Source of the DNA: Tubiluchus corallicola
Lineage: Eukaryota > Animalia > Priapulida
DNA length: 57,486 nt
Reading direction: 5' to 3'
Assembly (NCBI GenBank): GCA_030141605.1
Contig: JAQGDQ010001173.1
Span: 1 to 57,486 of the forward strand
Each line of letters starts with the position of its first letter. Position 1 is the stretch's first letter. Positions 11,908 to 23,300 of the stretch are shown here, piece by piece. A model generated the notes under the pieces. The model was not told where the DNA came from. It saw only the letters and a program-made list of their open reading frames with translations, and searched no databases. The position numbers and the translations under genes are program-made.

Positions 11908-12658
11908 CAACTGACTGATTCACTGACTGTTTCACTACATAAGAAACAGACAAACAAGCCTCGACACGCAAAAACTAAAACTACTACTGACTGACCGACC
12001 AACCAACTGACTGATTCACTGACTGTTTCACTACATAAGAAACAGACAAACAAGCTCGGACATGCAAAAACTAAAACTACTACTGACTGACCGACCAACC
12101 AACTGACTGATTCACTGACTGTTTCACTACATAAGAAACAGTACAAACAAGCCCCGACACGCAAAAACTAAAACTACTACTGACTGACCGACCAACCAAC
12201 TGACTGATTCACTGACTGTTGCACTGCATAAGAAACAGACAAACAAGCTCCGACATGCAAAAACTAAAACTTCTACTGACTGACCGACCAACCAACTGAC
12301 TGATTCACTGACTGTTTCACTGCATAAGAAACAGACAAACAAGCCTCGACACGCAAAAACTAAAACTACTACTGACTGACCGACCAACCAACTGACTGAT
12401 TCACTGACTGTTTCACTACATAAGAAACAGACAAACAAGCCTCGACACGCAAAAACTAAAACTACTACTGACTGACCGACCAACCAACTGACTGATTCAC
12501 TGACTGTTGCACTGCATAAGAAACAGACAAACAAGCTCCGACATGCAAAAACTAAAACTACTACTGACTGACCGACCAACCAACTGACTGATTCACTGAC
12601 TGTTTCACTGCATAAGAAACAGTACAAACAAGCCCCGACACGCAAAAACTAAAACTGA
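11908..12658. repeat. 96-97-bp minisatellite, about 8 copies
   Basis: Unit CAACTGACTGATTCACTGACTG...GACCGACCAAC starts at 11908, 12004, 12100 and onward. Confidence 0.95.
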
Positions 12659-13559
12659 CAAACTATCATAAACTGACTGACCGACTGAAGGACTGACTGA
12701 ATGACCGACCGACTGAGTCTTAAAAAAATTCGTGTGAAACATTTTCATGATTCGTTGTTCTTAAATGCATTTCACTAAGCAAATTTGTGCTGACTTTCTC
12801 GTTGCATTATTAACCTGCGACGTAATTAACAAAGCGAACCTCGTAATTAGCACCAATATGTCAAAAAGGTAAAGTATGTAGTTCTACTTTAACCTTCTGA
12901 CCAAATGAAGTGACCATCTGAAATCATTTAGCAGGTGAGAAACTTCGTGGAGCTCTTTCCGTTTGGCTCTTAGGACATTGTTACTGCAAACAAGGTATGT
13001 AAAAACTTTTTCACTATTATTTTTAGCTCTAAACATATTAATGATTCGCATCCTGAAATGGTTAAAATTTATTTTAATAATGGTTAAAATTTTCGATAAT
13101 CGTAAAAGCTACTGCTATAAGTTTAATCACAGCTAATAATATTATTTACGTACCAGTTTCTTATTACATGTAAATTATGTATAATATTGTAATTATGATG
13201 GTCTTGCATAAGTAGTAGCCTAAGCTGTTTTAATACAAAGTTTTTGCTGAATTTTTATATAAATTCTTTGAAAATTGTAATTTCATTTCTGAAACTGTTA
13301 TGTTCTGGAACTTTGTAAAAGGAATAAATTTTGTAATTTAACACAATATAATGTAATATAATTGTAATATTTAGCTATTGTAAATACTGTTTATTATTAT
13401 TATTATTATTGTTATTATTATGATTTTTACTATTATTATTATGTGTTGTATGATGATTATACCCCATGTGCGATGTTCTGTCTGTGTAGTTTTCTCTTCC
13501 ATCCATGTAATATATTGCATTGCTTTTGTAATGTGTTGTAATGAATTGATTGCAAAGTT

Positions 13560-13990
13560 CCAGCGGTTAATGATGATCGTGAAAAGGTCAAAGGTTAAGC
13601 GTACTAGACATTGCATTTGTTTACACTTGACAACGACTCGCAGTCCATGCTATTGTAATAGTAGCAATTTTAACAGCTAGCTAGAACCCTACCTAGTTCA
13701 TTTTTTCTTGTTCCACAGCAAGATCCTGCTAGTAAATCACTCTACGCATAGACTAGTGCTCAATCAAGTAAAGTCCACGTAAAACAACTAAATTTACTGA
13801 ACCGAGCGGCAGTAAGCTTTGCTTTACTCACATGTCACGTGACGCTTGTAGTTAAGACAAGTTGCTGTGGGGCACTTAACCTTTGACCTACAGCAATTAC
13901 AGTGAAACTGTGAAAAGGTTTTTTGTACTGTGCTAGATCGTCAATAAATTTATACAGTTTTGCACAATTTCTTGCAGTAAAGCTGCATCT
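13560..13990 (+). promoter_or_regulatory. Upstream block of the secreted gene with two inverted DR1-type nuclear-receptor motifs
   Basis: AGGTCAAAGGTTA at 13585-13597 and its reverse complement at 13877-13889; block is homologous to the reverse complement of about 27790-28095. Confidence 0.45.
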
Positions 13991-13996
13991 CCAGAA

Positions 13997-16900
13997 ATGA
14001 TGATGGTGACTGAAAGAAGACGAGCTTTGTTTGGCTTTTTAGTGATTGCTGCAATTACGCGCGTTTGTGCCGAAAGTATAGCAGTTGGTATATTTATTTC
14101 TATTAATACATAAACTATTATCTGTGTTCAGGGAGGATTTGCTTTTATATGTAGCCTTGTTACACTAAATAATTTTATTTGATTTGTGTAATAGCTGTGT
14201 GTCTGTATTCTTGACATTCATTGCTCATTTCTTTTCATGTTTTATTTTCTATCTATACAGATGACTGTATCAGGAACCCTTGTAAAAATGGTGGAGTATG
14301 TACCGATTCAGATGGTTCTAAAGATGGCGTATTTACTTGAACCTGTACATCTAGATATACCGTTGCACTTTGTGGTAAGATGATAAAATCATGCTTTATT
14401 TATTTCTATGCAGGGTCGTTCAGAAAAATGTCGCCTCCAATCTAATTTGTAAAACTTCATGCTCATAGAGACATTTGTAAAAGAGGCCCGTATCACTGTG
14501 TAGCTGGATTCTCCTCTTTCCGGAAAAGCTATAAATTTCTTTCAAAGAACGCCACCCTTGCCACCACGATCATTTTTGAAGGTTTTTCTCTCGCCATTCC
14601 TAGAAGAACATCGCTTACAATAAACGTCGTAGCGGCGCTTTGTGGGGGTGGTGGTAGTGGGGTGGGGGGTGTAGGGGCGGTGATGTCTGTGAGGTAGGGT
14701 GGTGGTGTCTTTGACGGAAAACGTATAGCTCTTTGGAAAGAAGAGAAATCAGCTACACGATGGAAGGGCTTTCTTTTGCAAATGCTCGTACCAAGATGAA
14801 GAGCTACGAATTAGTTTAGGAGAAAACTTTTCTGGGCGAAATTGTGTTATTGGCTCTGAGCAAAAACGTTTCCTCTTTTAAATTAATTTGTCGTGCCATT
14901 ATTTGATGACAATGACTAGACCATTTGGGTGTAAATAAGAGAATGGTAATCCTAGCTTGTTAGACGCAAGAAGCAAGAAATACAACACGATGCGTTACCA
15001 GTAAGACGTCTTCTATCTTCGTAATGCCTATATCATGATTCGCGGTATGGTGGTTGCCCTCTGTAAACAGCCTCTTGGAAGAGGTTGCAAATCATTTAAA
15101 TACAGGATAGGTATAACTGATTCAGATCTGTGTGTTTGCGGTTTGGGCAGTCAGACCCCAGAACATTTAATTTTTCATTGTCCGTTACCATTGGTTAGAC
15201 ATTGGTTAGAGTAAATCTCGAATGCAGCTTAGAAAATAATGAAATTCGAAACATTTACAGAAAGAGAGACACTAATGTAATTAAAATGTATGTAGATTTT
15301 GTAAAAGAACTAACCCAAAATGATCTTATAGTAAATTGATTATACATTGATTATAAATATTGGATATATATTTAGAATAAGTAAATCGTAACGCAAAATT
15401 GTCAGCTTGTTTAGTAAGAAATTTATTTAATGTACACAGTGTAAAGACTTATTTAACATTTTTGTACTTTTGTGCCCTGCAAATAGAGGGCATCTTGTAT
15501 AATTTTCAATAAAGATTTTTAATAATTAATTAATAATCTGTAAATAGTAAAACGTTTTTGCTATGATCTTTTCCGTCAGGATGCGTGAATCAATAATTTC
15601 TTACCGTAATTTGTTACTTTACCTGATTTAAAATGAACCAACCACCGGATCCGGTTGGTTTATCTTGAATAATTGCAAATTTCATTCATACAATATTTAC
15701 GTGAATTTTGCTCATTACAGAATAAAATATTTCGTAAAAAATGTTCCATTTCGTAAATCATAATAATCTGGCTGTATCATGGACATAATAATTTCGATAG
15801 TATCGCGACTACCTTGTCATTGCACTTGGTGATCAGATGGTTGGAATCCCTCCTGGCGCCTCAGAAGAACTTCCATGGACTGTCCGATGCTGTTGAGAAT
15901 TTAAATTTCGCTTTATTCATAAAGGCTTCAATACAGTTCAAGCTTTTAACTAGGTCAATTTCTAGAGAAAGATATGTTTAGTTTAGTTTACGGTACGACT
16001 TCTTCCTGTACACAATAAAGAATATGGCTCGCAAATTTCTATATCTAAAGATAATTTTCTTTCTACGTCCTGGATTTAAAACTTTACAACAGTTGCAACA
16101 CCTCGTAGAGATTGTCTCAGTGCCTCGGAAGTAACTCGTGTTGAACTCTTTCGATTCAAGGCCTGTTTTGCTGAGTTCGTGATTTTTGGGACAAACTACG
16201 TATTGGATTGTGCTTCAGCGTTTACATCTCCACTGACGTGATTTCTGTTTAAAGACTTACTGCTCTGTTTTTCTTTGGAACAGCCTCGATAGATGGTGCT
16301 ACACCGCATTCTCAAAGTGGATCATTTGAACTGTTTTGACATTTTACGTACTTGCGCGCTCCAAATTTATTTCTCCTTGAAATTGCACTTCTATGATTAT
16401 TTTTGATGTGTTATTGTTTATAAGCTCATAACTGACATTTCAAAGGTGCTGTTGTGTCCATTACTGTGTCATCTGACACTTTTGTGTTTTGATTAAAACT
16501 TGCTTATCAAGTCCTGTTACAGTACAGCCGCTTTGACACCAAAACCCGTTTTTCAAAGCAGAATCACGCGTGCTTTCCTAAAGCTAGCGTTGGTTTTCTA
16601 AAGACTGTCACTTTCTAAAGAAGGCGGAATCAGAAAAATGAAGGTAGTGGGTTTTATACCAATCATATTTCGAGGAAAACGACACTTCCTTACCCAAAAA
16701 AACGTGAGTTTCTCTGAAAAAGTCATATCCATTTTGTTCAGTCTAAGTGCGAGAAAAAAATGACATCGTTTCGCACAAAAGGCACAAGTTATTAGGTAGT
16801 GGTTGGTTGGTTGGCATCCTTCTGTCTCGGAAGACAATTGAGTGTGCGCCAAGAAAGTCAGTTATTGATCACATTGATGGAGCTGCAGCGTCGACTGAGG

Positions 16901-19094
16901 CTGAGCAGTCCGATCCTTGAACTTCTGGAGTGGCCTCTCCAGGGTGCACGCTTGGGTAAGGTGTACGGAGATCCTGAGTTACCCAGACAACAGGACCCCT
17001 CTCTTCCTCCCTCCCTGGTGTAGTCCAAAGGAAAGCGGAGCGATACGTTTGTTAGGTAGTGGATGGGAATAGTAAATATGGGGGGGGGAGTTTTGAATAT
17101 CACGAGTGCAGTTCTTCTAGCGTATACGTGAAATGGACACGTAAATACTCCGCTATACGAAATACTGATATTATTGGATCATTCTAAAAAACGTATAGCT
17201 GAAAGTTTCCTTTGTCCATAATTTCTGTTTTATCTCAGTTAAATGGATCTTGTTCGTGAACAAACCGTGTACAGTAAGATTAAGATATTCTTTTAAACAA
17301 AATTATTCCTGCTTAGACTGTAATTGTCAGTGGTGTTACTCGTCCAAATTCTTTGTTGTCAATTTTGCTTAAATTAAAAGTCACTTTGATGGTGTCTGGC
17401 TTTGAGTTTGAATCACTTGCTCCACAGCGTTCTACTTGCTAACCAATCTCTCTGTTAATTCACAATCCCGTCTGATTATATATGCGCTAAATCTCAAGAC
17501 CTCAATCGTTGAAATTACTTGACTTGTTGCATTGCATTTTTACAGGATGTCCAATCTGCAGAACCGTCGAAGGACCACCTGGGCCGCCAGGACCACCAGG
17601 TGAGGTAATTTTTATTGCTGTTGCTGCTTACATTGTTGACTTGTTGTTACCTTTGTTACAGGCCAGTACATGTCGACCAGTGTATGTACTAAGAAAGATT
17701 TGTAAAATCTCAGCATAATTCAGAAGAAGGTCACAAGTGCCAATCTCAAGAGGAACTCTTCAACTCTCCTCTTGCTGGCGAGCGAGAGACGATGATGAAA
17801 ATTATAATAAGCAAAGACGTCAGTGAAATGGATACAAAACACCAGTTTAACGTGTTGACCAAAAGTTTCTCTATTCTGAAATACAATTATTAACATTTAG
17901 TTTAACTTGCATTGAATAGAAGAAAATTAGTTGCATGATTAAATGTATTGCTATAACTAAGTACTGATATAAAAATTATGTAGACTATATTGAAATTAAT
18001 TAATAATAACTTAGGTTGTTAGAGCCTTTAACAGTTACAAAGACAGGAATGAGAACTCCAAGTTGCCTTAAGAACAACGATGTCACAACAATAAATTCGT
18101 AAGAAATTCACAGTCATAATGCTCATCACAGTCAGAAAAATAGAGCAATGGCGGAGAGAACCAAAAGACGGGTAAAATGTCATACAACTACTACAGCTAT
18201 AGCTCACGAAAGGCCAAAATGCTAATGTATTGAAGGATATTAGGTGCTTCAATTTTAAAAGAGTGACTACTGTAAAAAGTAAAAAGAATACTAAATCAAC
18301 AAACAGGTGGCAGCACCGTGGCAGTAGTTGAGAAATAAATTAAAACCAAAAAAGGGCCTATGCAGCCACTACAGTCAGTATGTGTGGTCGTCGTTTTCCA
18401 AAGCTTGTTGAGAAATCAAAATTTAAAATTAATTTCGTTTAAGTTAGTTAATACTATATTTTCCTATTTTACAGGCACCATCTTTCTAGTTCATAGAAAC
18501 CCCGCAAGTAAGTACAGAGTTGACTATGGTTTTAAATCATATGCGCCCAATTACTATGTAGGCGAGCGAAATTATGGGAATGGAAGGGACGGTTATGGAG
18601 GCGAGAGAGGCTATGGAGGACGAAGAGATGGTTATGGAACGGAGAGAGGCTACGGAGGACGAAGAGACGGTTATGGAGACGAGAAAGGCTATGACGGTTA
18701 TGGAGAGGAGAGAGGCTATAGTGGACGAAGAGACGGTTATGGAGAGGAGCGAGGCTATGACGGTTATGGAGAGGAGCGAGGCTATGGAGGACGAAGAGAC
18801 GGTTATGGAGACGAGAGAGGCTATGGAGGACGAAGAGACGGTTATGGAAAGGAGCGAGGCTATGACGGTTATGGAGAGGAGAGAGGCTATGGAGGACGAA
18901 GAGACGGTTATGGAGACGAGAGAGGCTATGACGGTTATGGAGAGGAGAGAGGCTATGGAGGACGAAGAGACGGTTATGGAGGACGAAGAGACGGTTATGG
19001 AGACGAGAGAGTCTATGCGACTAAAGAGGAGGAGTACAGAAACGATAGAGGTTATGAGGACCCAAAAGAAGGAAAGAAGACACACGATTGGTGA
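13997..19094 (+). CDS. Secreted protein: signal peptide, [EGF exon with stop], CxxC-(GPP)3, Gly/Tyr/Arg/Asp/Glu-rich repeats. Exons 13997-14087, [14261-14374], 17546-17599, 18475-19094
   Basis: All junctions GT-AG and phase 1. Exon 1 [30 protein letters not shown]; exon 3 [18 protein letters not shown]; last exon ([13 protein letters not shown])n. Skipping the EGF exon gives 765 nt, 254 aa, uninterrupted. Confidence 0.75.
14261..14374 (+). pseudogene. EGF-like domain exon with TGA at the fourth-cysteine position
   Basis: [37 protein letters not shown]; TGA at 14338-14340; acceptor TATACAG and donor GTAAGA; 114 nt, phase 1-1. Confidence 0.8.
14411..14844. mobile_element. Old MITE with long (about 150 bp) imperfect inverted arms, possibly Tc1/mariner-derived
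   Basis: 14411-14570 aligns imperfectly with the reverse complement of 14685-14844; begins CAGGGT. Confidence 0.6.
15000..15530 (+). mobile_element. 3' remnant of a non-LTR retrotransposon (C-terminal CCHC zinc knuckle)
   Basis: [30 protein letters not shown] at about 15098-15187; AATAAA and AT-rich tail near 15508. Confidence 0.6.
16803..17051 (-). mobile_element. 5'-truncated copy of the RTE-tailed SINE with an 11-bp TSD
   Basis: Homologous to 40855-41081; flanked by TTAGGTAGTGG at 16792-16802 and 17052-17062; (CCAA)n tail. Confidence 0.85.
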
Positions 19095-20352
19095 AATGAT
19101 AATTATTAAGATGGGGATTATAATTATAATTATAATAATAATTATAATTTTTGGGGATAGAAAAATAAAACACGTTATTAGAGCTGCGAAAATGAGACAA
19201 AATGTGAAAGTAAAAGTTGTAATCATCTGGTTTGGTAGAAGAGAAATGGTAAATACACTTATGGTGTAAATAATGGAAATAATGAATCCGTAATTATTAA
19301 AAAAAACGAGAAATTGTTATTTTTAAACTGCTTTATCCATGATATAGAAAAAAAATGTTGTTCGACTTCACAACTGTGGGTCTTTGACCACTTTCAAACA
19401 TAATATGCAAGTTTTCTGGGTACTGTGAATGTCTGAAGTTCGAGGTGTTTCACGTAGCACCATTAACACCACAGGCATTTTTTACAGAATTAAAGTCGTG
19501 AAAGTGGAACATATAACGATACTATTTGTACTATACGTTACAGACAATATATTATGTTATCTTAAGTTGTACTAAAAAGAAATAGCTATAGAGTTTAAAT
19601 TTGGAAGAATAAAACAGATTTTACAGTGTTACGCAGAAGTGTCATTTTAAGTTCAACATTTTCTCATGAATCTGAGTTAATAATTTTTCATATATCAAAA
19701 AAATGTTATAATGTTGCCTTAACACATCTGTTGCACACAGTACGTCTTTTGATTAATCTAATATTGCCTGCGGTATTATCTCAAACATCTGAGGAGCAAC
19801 ATTCAATGTTTTAACAAATTGTATAGCTGATTCATGGTGACGATCCTACCACTAGTGCCAAACTACGCCAGTTTATTCGAAAAAATATAATAATTATATA
19901 ATTTTTATTATTCCAGCAATAATTCCCAAATACAGGTAAATAATACATATTTAAATTAATCGAACACAAAAAAACTTTTGGTTATTAATGTTACAGTAGT
20001 ACAAGTTACAAAACTTCGTTTGTAATAAACGCTTTACATGCAAAAGTCACACACTAGAAAAATTAAAAAGGCCAAGTCAAAATTATATTTTTCAAATGAC
20101 CTTAACAAAGTTATAAGGCCAGTATTGCAAAATTAGTATTTCTGTAAAACTTATTAAACCACCAAGTTATTTATTCACAGGTTTTTATCTACTTAATTGT
20201 AACTAGTAGCTTGAAGATGCAAGAGCATTAGTAACTTCGAGCATCTTGGATCTTCAACATCTTTTTCAAAGTTGCCAAAGTTTCGTACTGCTTTTTAAGC
20301 ACATTTATGATGCGTAACTTTCTTAAACGTCTATTGTGGGCGACATAGTTGA

Positions 20353-23300
20353 TCAAGTCCACAATAAGATCAACTTCCTTTTTGTCAAGTGTTTGGTAAG
20401 TCTCAGAGGTAATTCTACAGGATCAAATGGTCCCACACACGTGCTGCTCTCAATAGAAGTATGTTCACCATGAAGGCGACCCATAATGTCGACTCTATCA
20501 CCCCAAGCAACCAGCAGGTCAGACGGCATGAAGTTACCATTCAAACATGTCTCACACTGTTCCACTACAAAAATTACAATTACATAAATTTGTAATTAAT
20601 CTAACGATATTATTGTAGTTTATGTAGAAAGTACCTTCGTACTTTGGCTTCTATTGAAGAAGCAGTAGAAAAAATTGCAGCAAAAAGCAAAGATTGTGAA
20701 GAATAAGTGTTGAACAAGATCACATTAACACATAACGTGAATGAAAGGAGAATACCTACTTTAATTATGCTAGAACATTACCTACCAAAACTAAGCAAAA
20801 CTTTAAATGTGATTGTGGATACACACAACAGAAGCAGAGAGATTGTAAATGAACAACACAAGACACAACAGAAGCAGAAAGATTGTAAATGAACAACACA
20901 AGACACAACAAAAACAGAAAGATTGTAAATGAACAACACAAGACACACCAGAAACAGAAAGATCGCAAATGAACAACACAAGACACTCCAGAAACAGAAA
21001 GATGGCAAATGAACAACACAAGACACACCAGAAGCAGAAAGATTGTAAATGAACAACACAAGACACACCAGAAGCAGAAAGATTGTAAATGAACAACACT
21101 AGACACACCAGAAGCAGAAAGATTGTAAATGAACAACACAAGACACACCAGAAACAGAAAGATTGTAAATGAACAACACAAGACACACCAGAAACCAAAA
21201 GATTGTAAATGAACAACACAAGACACACCAGAAACAGAAAGATTGTAAATGAACAACAAAAGACACAACAGAAACAGAAAGATTGTAAATGAACAACACA
21301 AGACACACCAGAAACAGAAAGGTTGTAAATAAACAACACAAGACACACCAGAAGCAGAAAGATTATAAATAAAATTTTATCAGCATAAATGTTTCCTAAG
21401 GCTGTTTGTTAGGCCAATTTCATAGTGAGGACACGTGGAACGACGCACGGAATTGCTGCCAGAAAATCAGAAATTTTTTTGAAAATTCCCGATTTTTCTT
21501 GAAATCCTACACAGCAAAAAATTCATTTCACAGCGTCAGCATTTCTGAGACTATTTTACTGTCTAAATTACTTGCCGTACGAAGTACAATTAACAATTCT
21601 ACTAGCCATTTCAAAATCTGAAAATACACTTGTATATGCGTGCGTTATTTTTCTTTTTCACAAATATAACCATCAATGTTGCATTAATAAGACATCAAAT
21701 CGTCAGTCTGTTAAAAGGGAGATTAAATCTTGGAATATTATGCAGAAATATGCTAATTGTCATTCGTCAAATATGAAAGAAGTAATTGAGTTGTTAAATT
21801 TAAGATTGAATTCCATGAGGAATCCTCACGAAAATGGAGCTGCAGTATTTCTATCATGCGGCGAAATTTGTCGCGAGGAGGATGCATAGCTTTTAGCTGG
21901 CAGCAGAATTCCTCACGATGAGCTGCATAAGAAATTCTGCCACGCATCCGCATTGTGAAACGCCCCATAGAAAACAATGTGTTCCATTTTTGGAATCTCT
22001 CCTCGACGTACTTTGCTGTACATCCTCACTGTGAAATGGACTTAGTCTGTCTTGTGCAATTACTTTCTTTATACAAAATTTGAATGAACCTGGCTTAAAG
22101 TTGAACAAGCTACACTGCTTGGTCTGTTTTCAAGGTGTTGTCTATATTTTCTCTGTATCTATAACTGCAATTTCTTTAACAGCATGGAGAAGCCAAAATC
22201 GATAATCAATCATCAGTTAATAATTAATTATTTAAAAATGCCAATGTTTAGCTTCTGGGACAAAAAACCTGTTACCAATCTGTTTTTGGCAAAATTTAAC
22301 GACCCACCCCAAAACACACCCCTTGCCAATCAATTTTGACCTCTAGTCAATTTTGGAAACATAGACTAGTTGACACAACGAGTTTTCAACGACATAATTG
22401 AACTTACTTATTTGTTCATCTGTCAAAAGCGTTGACCACATTCTGAGGTCCGTTACGTCACCTACGAAGCTGTTTGTTGGCGGGTTGTTCGCAACCTGAT
22501 CTTGACCAAACACTAAAATGCCATTGCCTGGTACTTCTTTATAAGAGTCAGCACTTCTTTTCCTGCGCAATGGTGGATGCTCCTCTGAAATTTTTTACAA
22601 AGTAAGCCAGTTTGTTCTTTATATATGTATGCACAACACACACACACACACACACACACGCACGCACGCACGCACGCAGAGAGTGACAGATTTCCCAAAA
22701 CGCAAAAAAACTGAAAAAGTCCAAATACCAAGTAAAATTAATTGGCCGTTACGTCTTGAAAACACTGGATCCTGATCAATCGAAAAGGCATTAAAAATTT
22801 TCCATTATTTCTGTGTTTAGAGACGCTAAAAGTATGGACCATGACTGAAAAAAGAGACTCCGTACTTACCATGCACCTTTTCACAGTCTATGTACACATT
22901 GAATCGTCTGTCTGAGTTACCAGATCCACTTCCCCAAGATACACACAAATGGTGCCATTCTCCGTCTCTGAATATACTGTCTAGATTAGGTGCTGTCGTC
23001 CTGAAAGAAATCCATTTTTGACAGAATTGTCAGCAAGTTTCCTAACTTCGCCACGTATTCAGGCTCCAGCTGGTATAGTCGATGGTGGCGCTGCGGGGCA
23101 AAAACTGCAGTTTGTTTTTGATTGAGCTCTGGCAAAAATCATTATATTCTAAGTTCTTACGCAAAACTTAAACGTTTGTCTAAGCTTATTATAATTGATT
23201 ATGATATGATGTATTTGTATTTAACTTTGAATTTAGTGTTTATATTTGCGAAATTTACACCAATGAACAAGGCGCCATTGAGATTTTGCTGGAATGTCGC

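Noticed and set aside
15760-16330. Possible decayed coding sequence on the minus strand
   Set aside because: Multiple stops and no motif I could assign.
18537-19269. Alternative-frame ORFs ([10 protein letters not shown] repeats; Ser/Ile-rich antisense)
   Set aside because: Shadows of the GYG-repeat exon; only the GTIFLV frame fits the acceptor at 18474 and the upstream exon phase.
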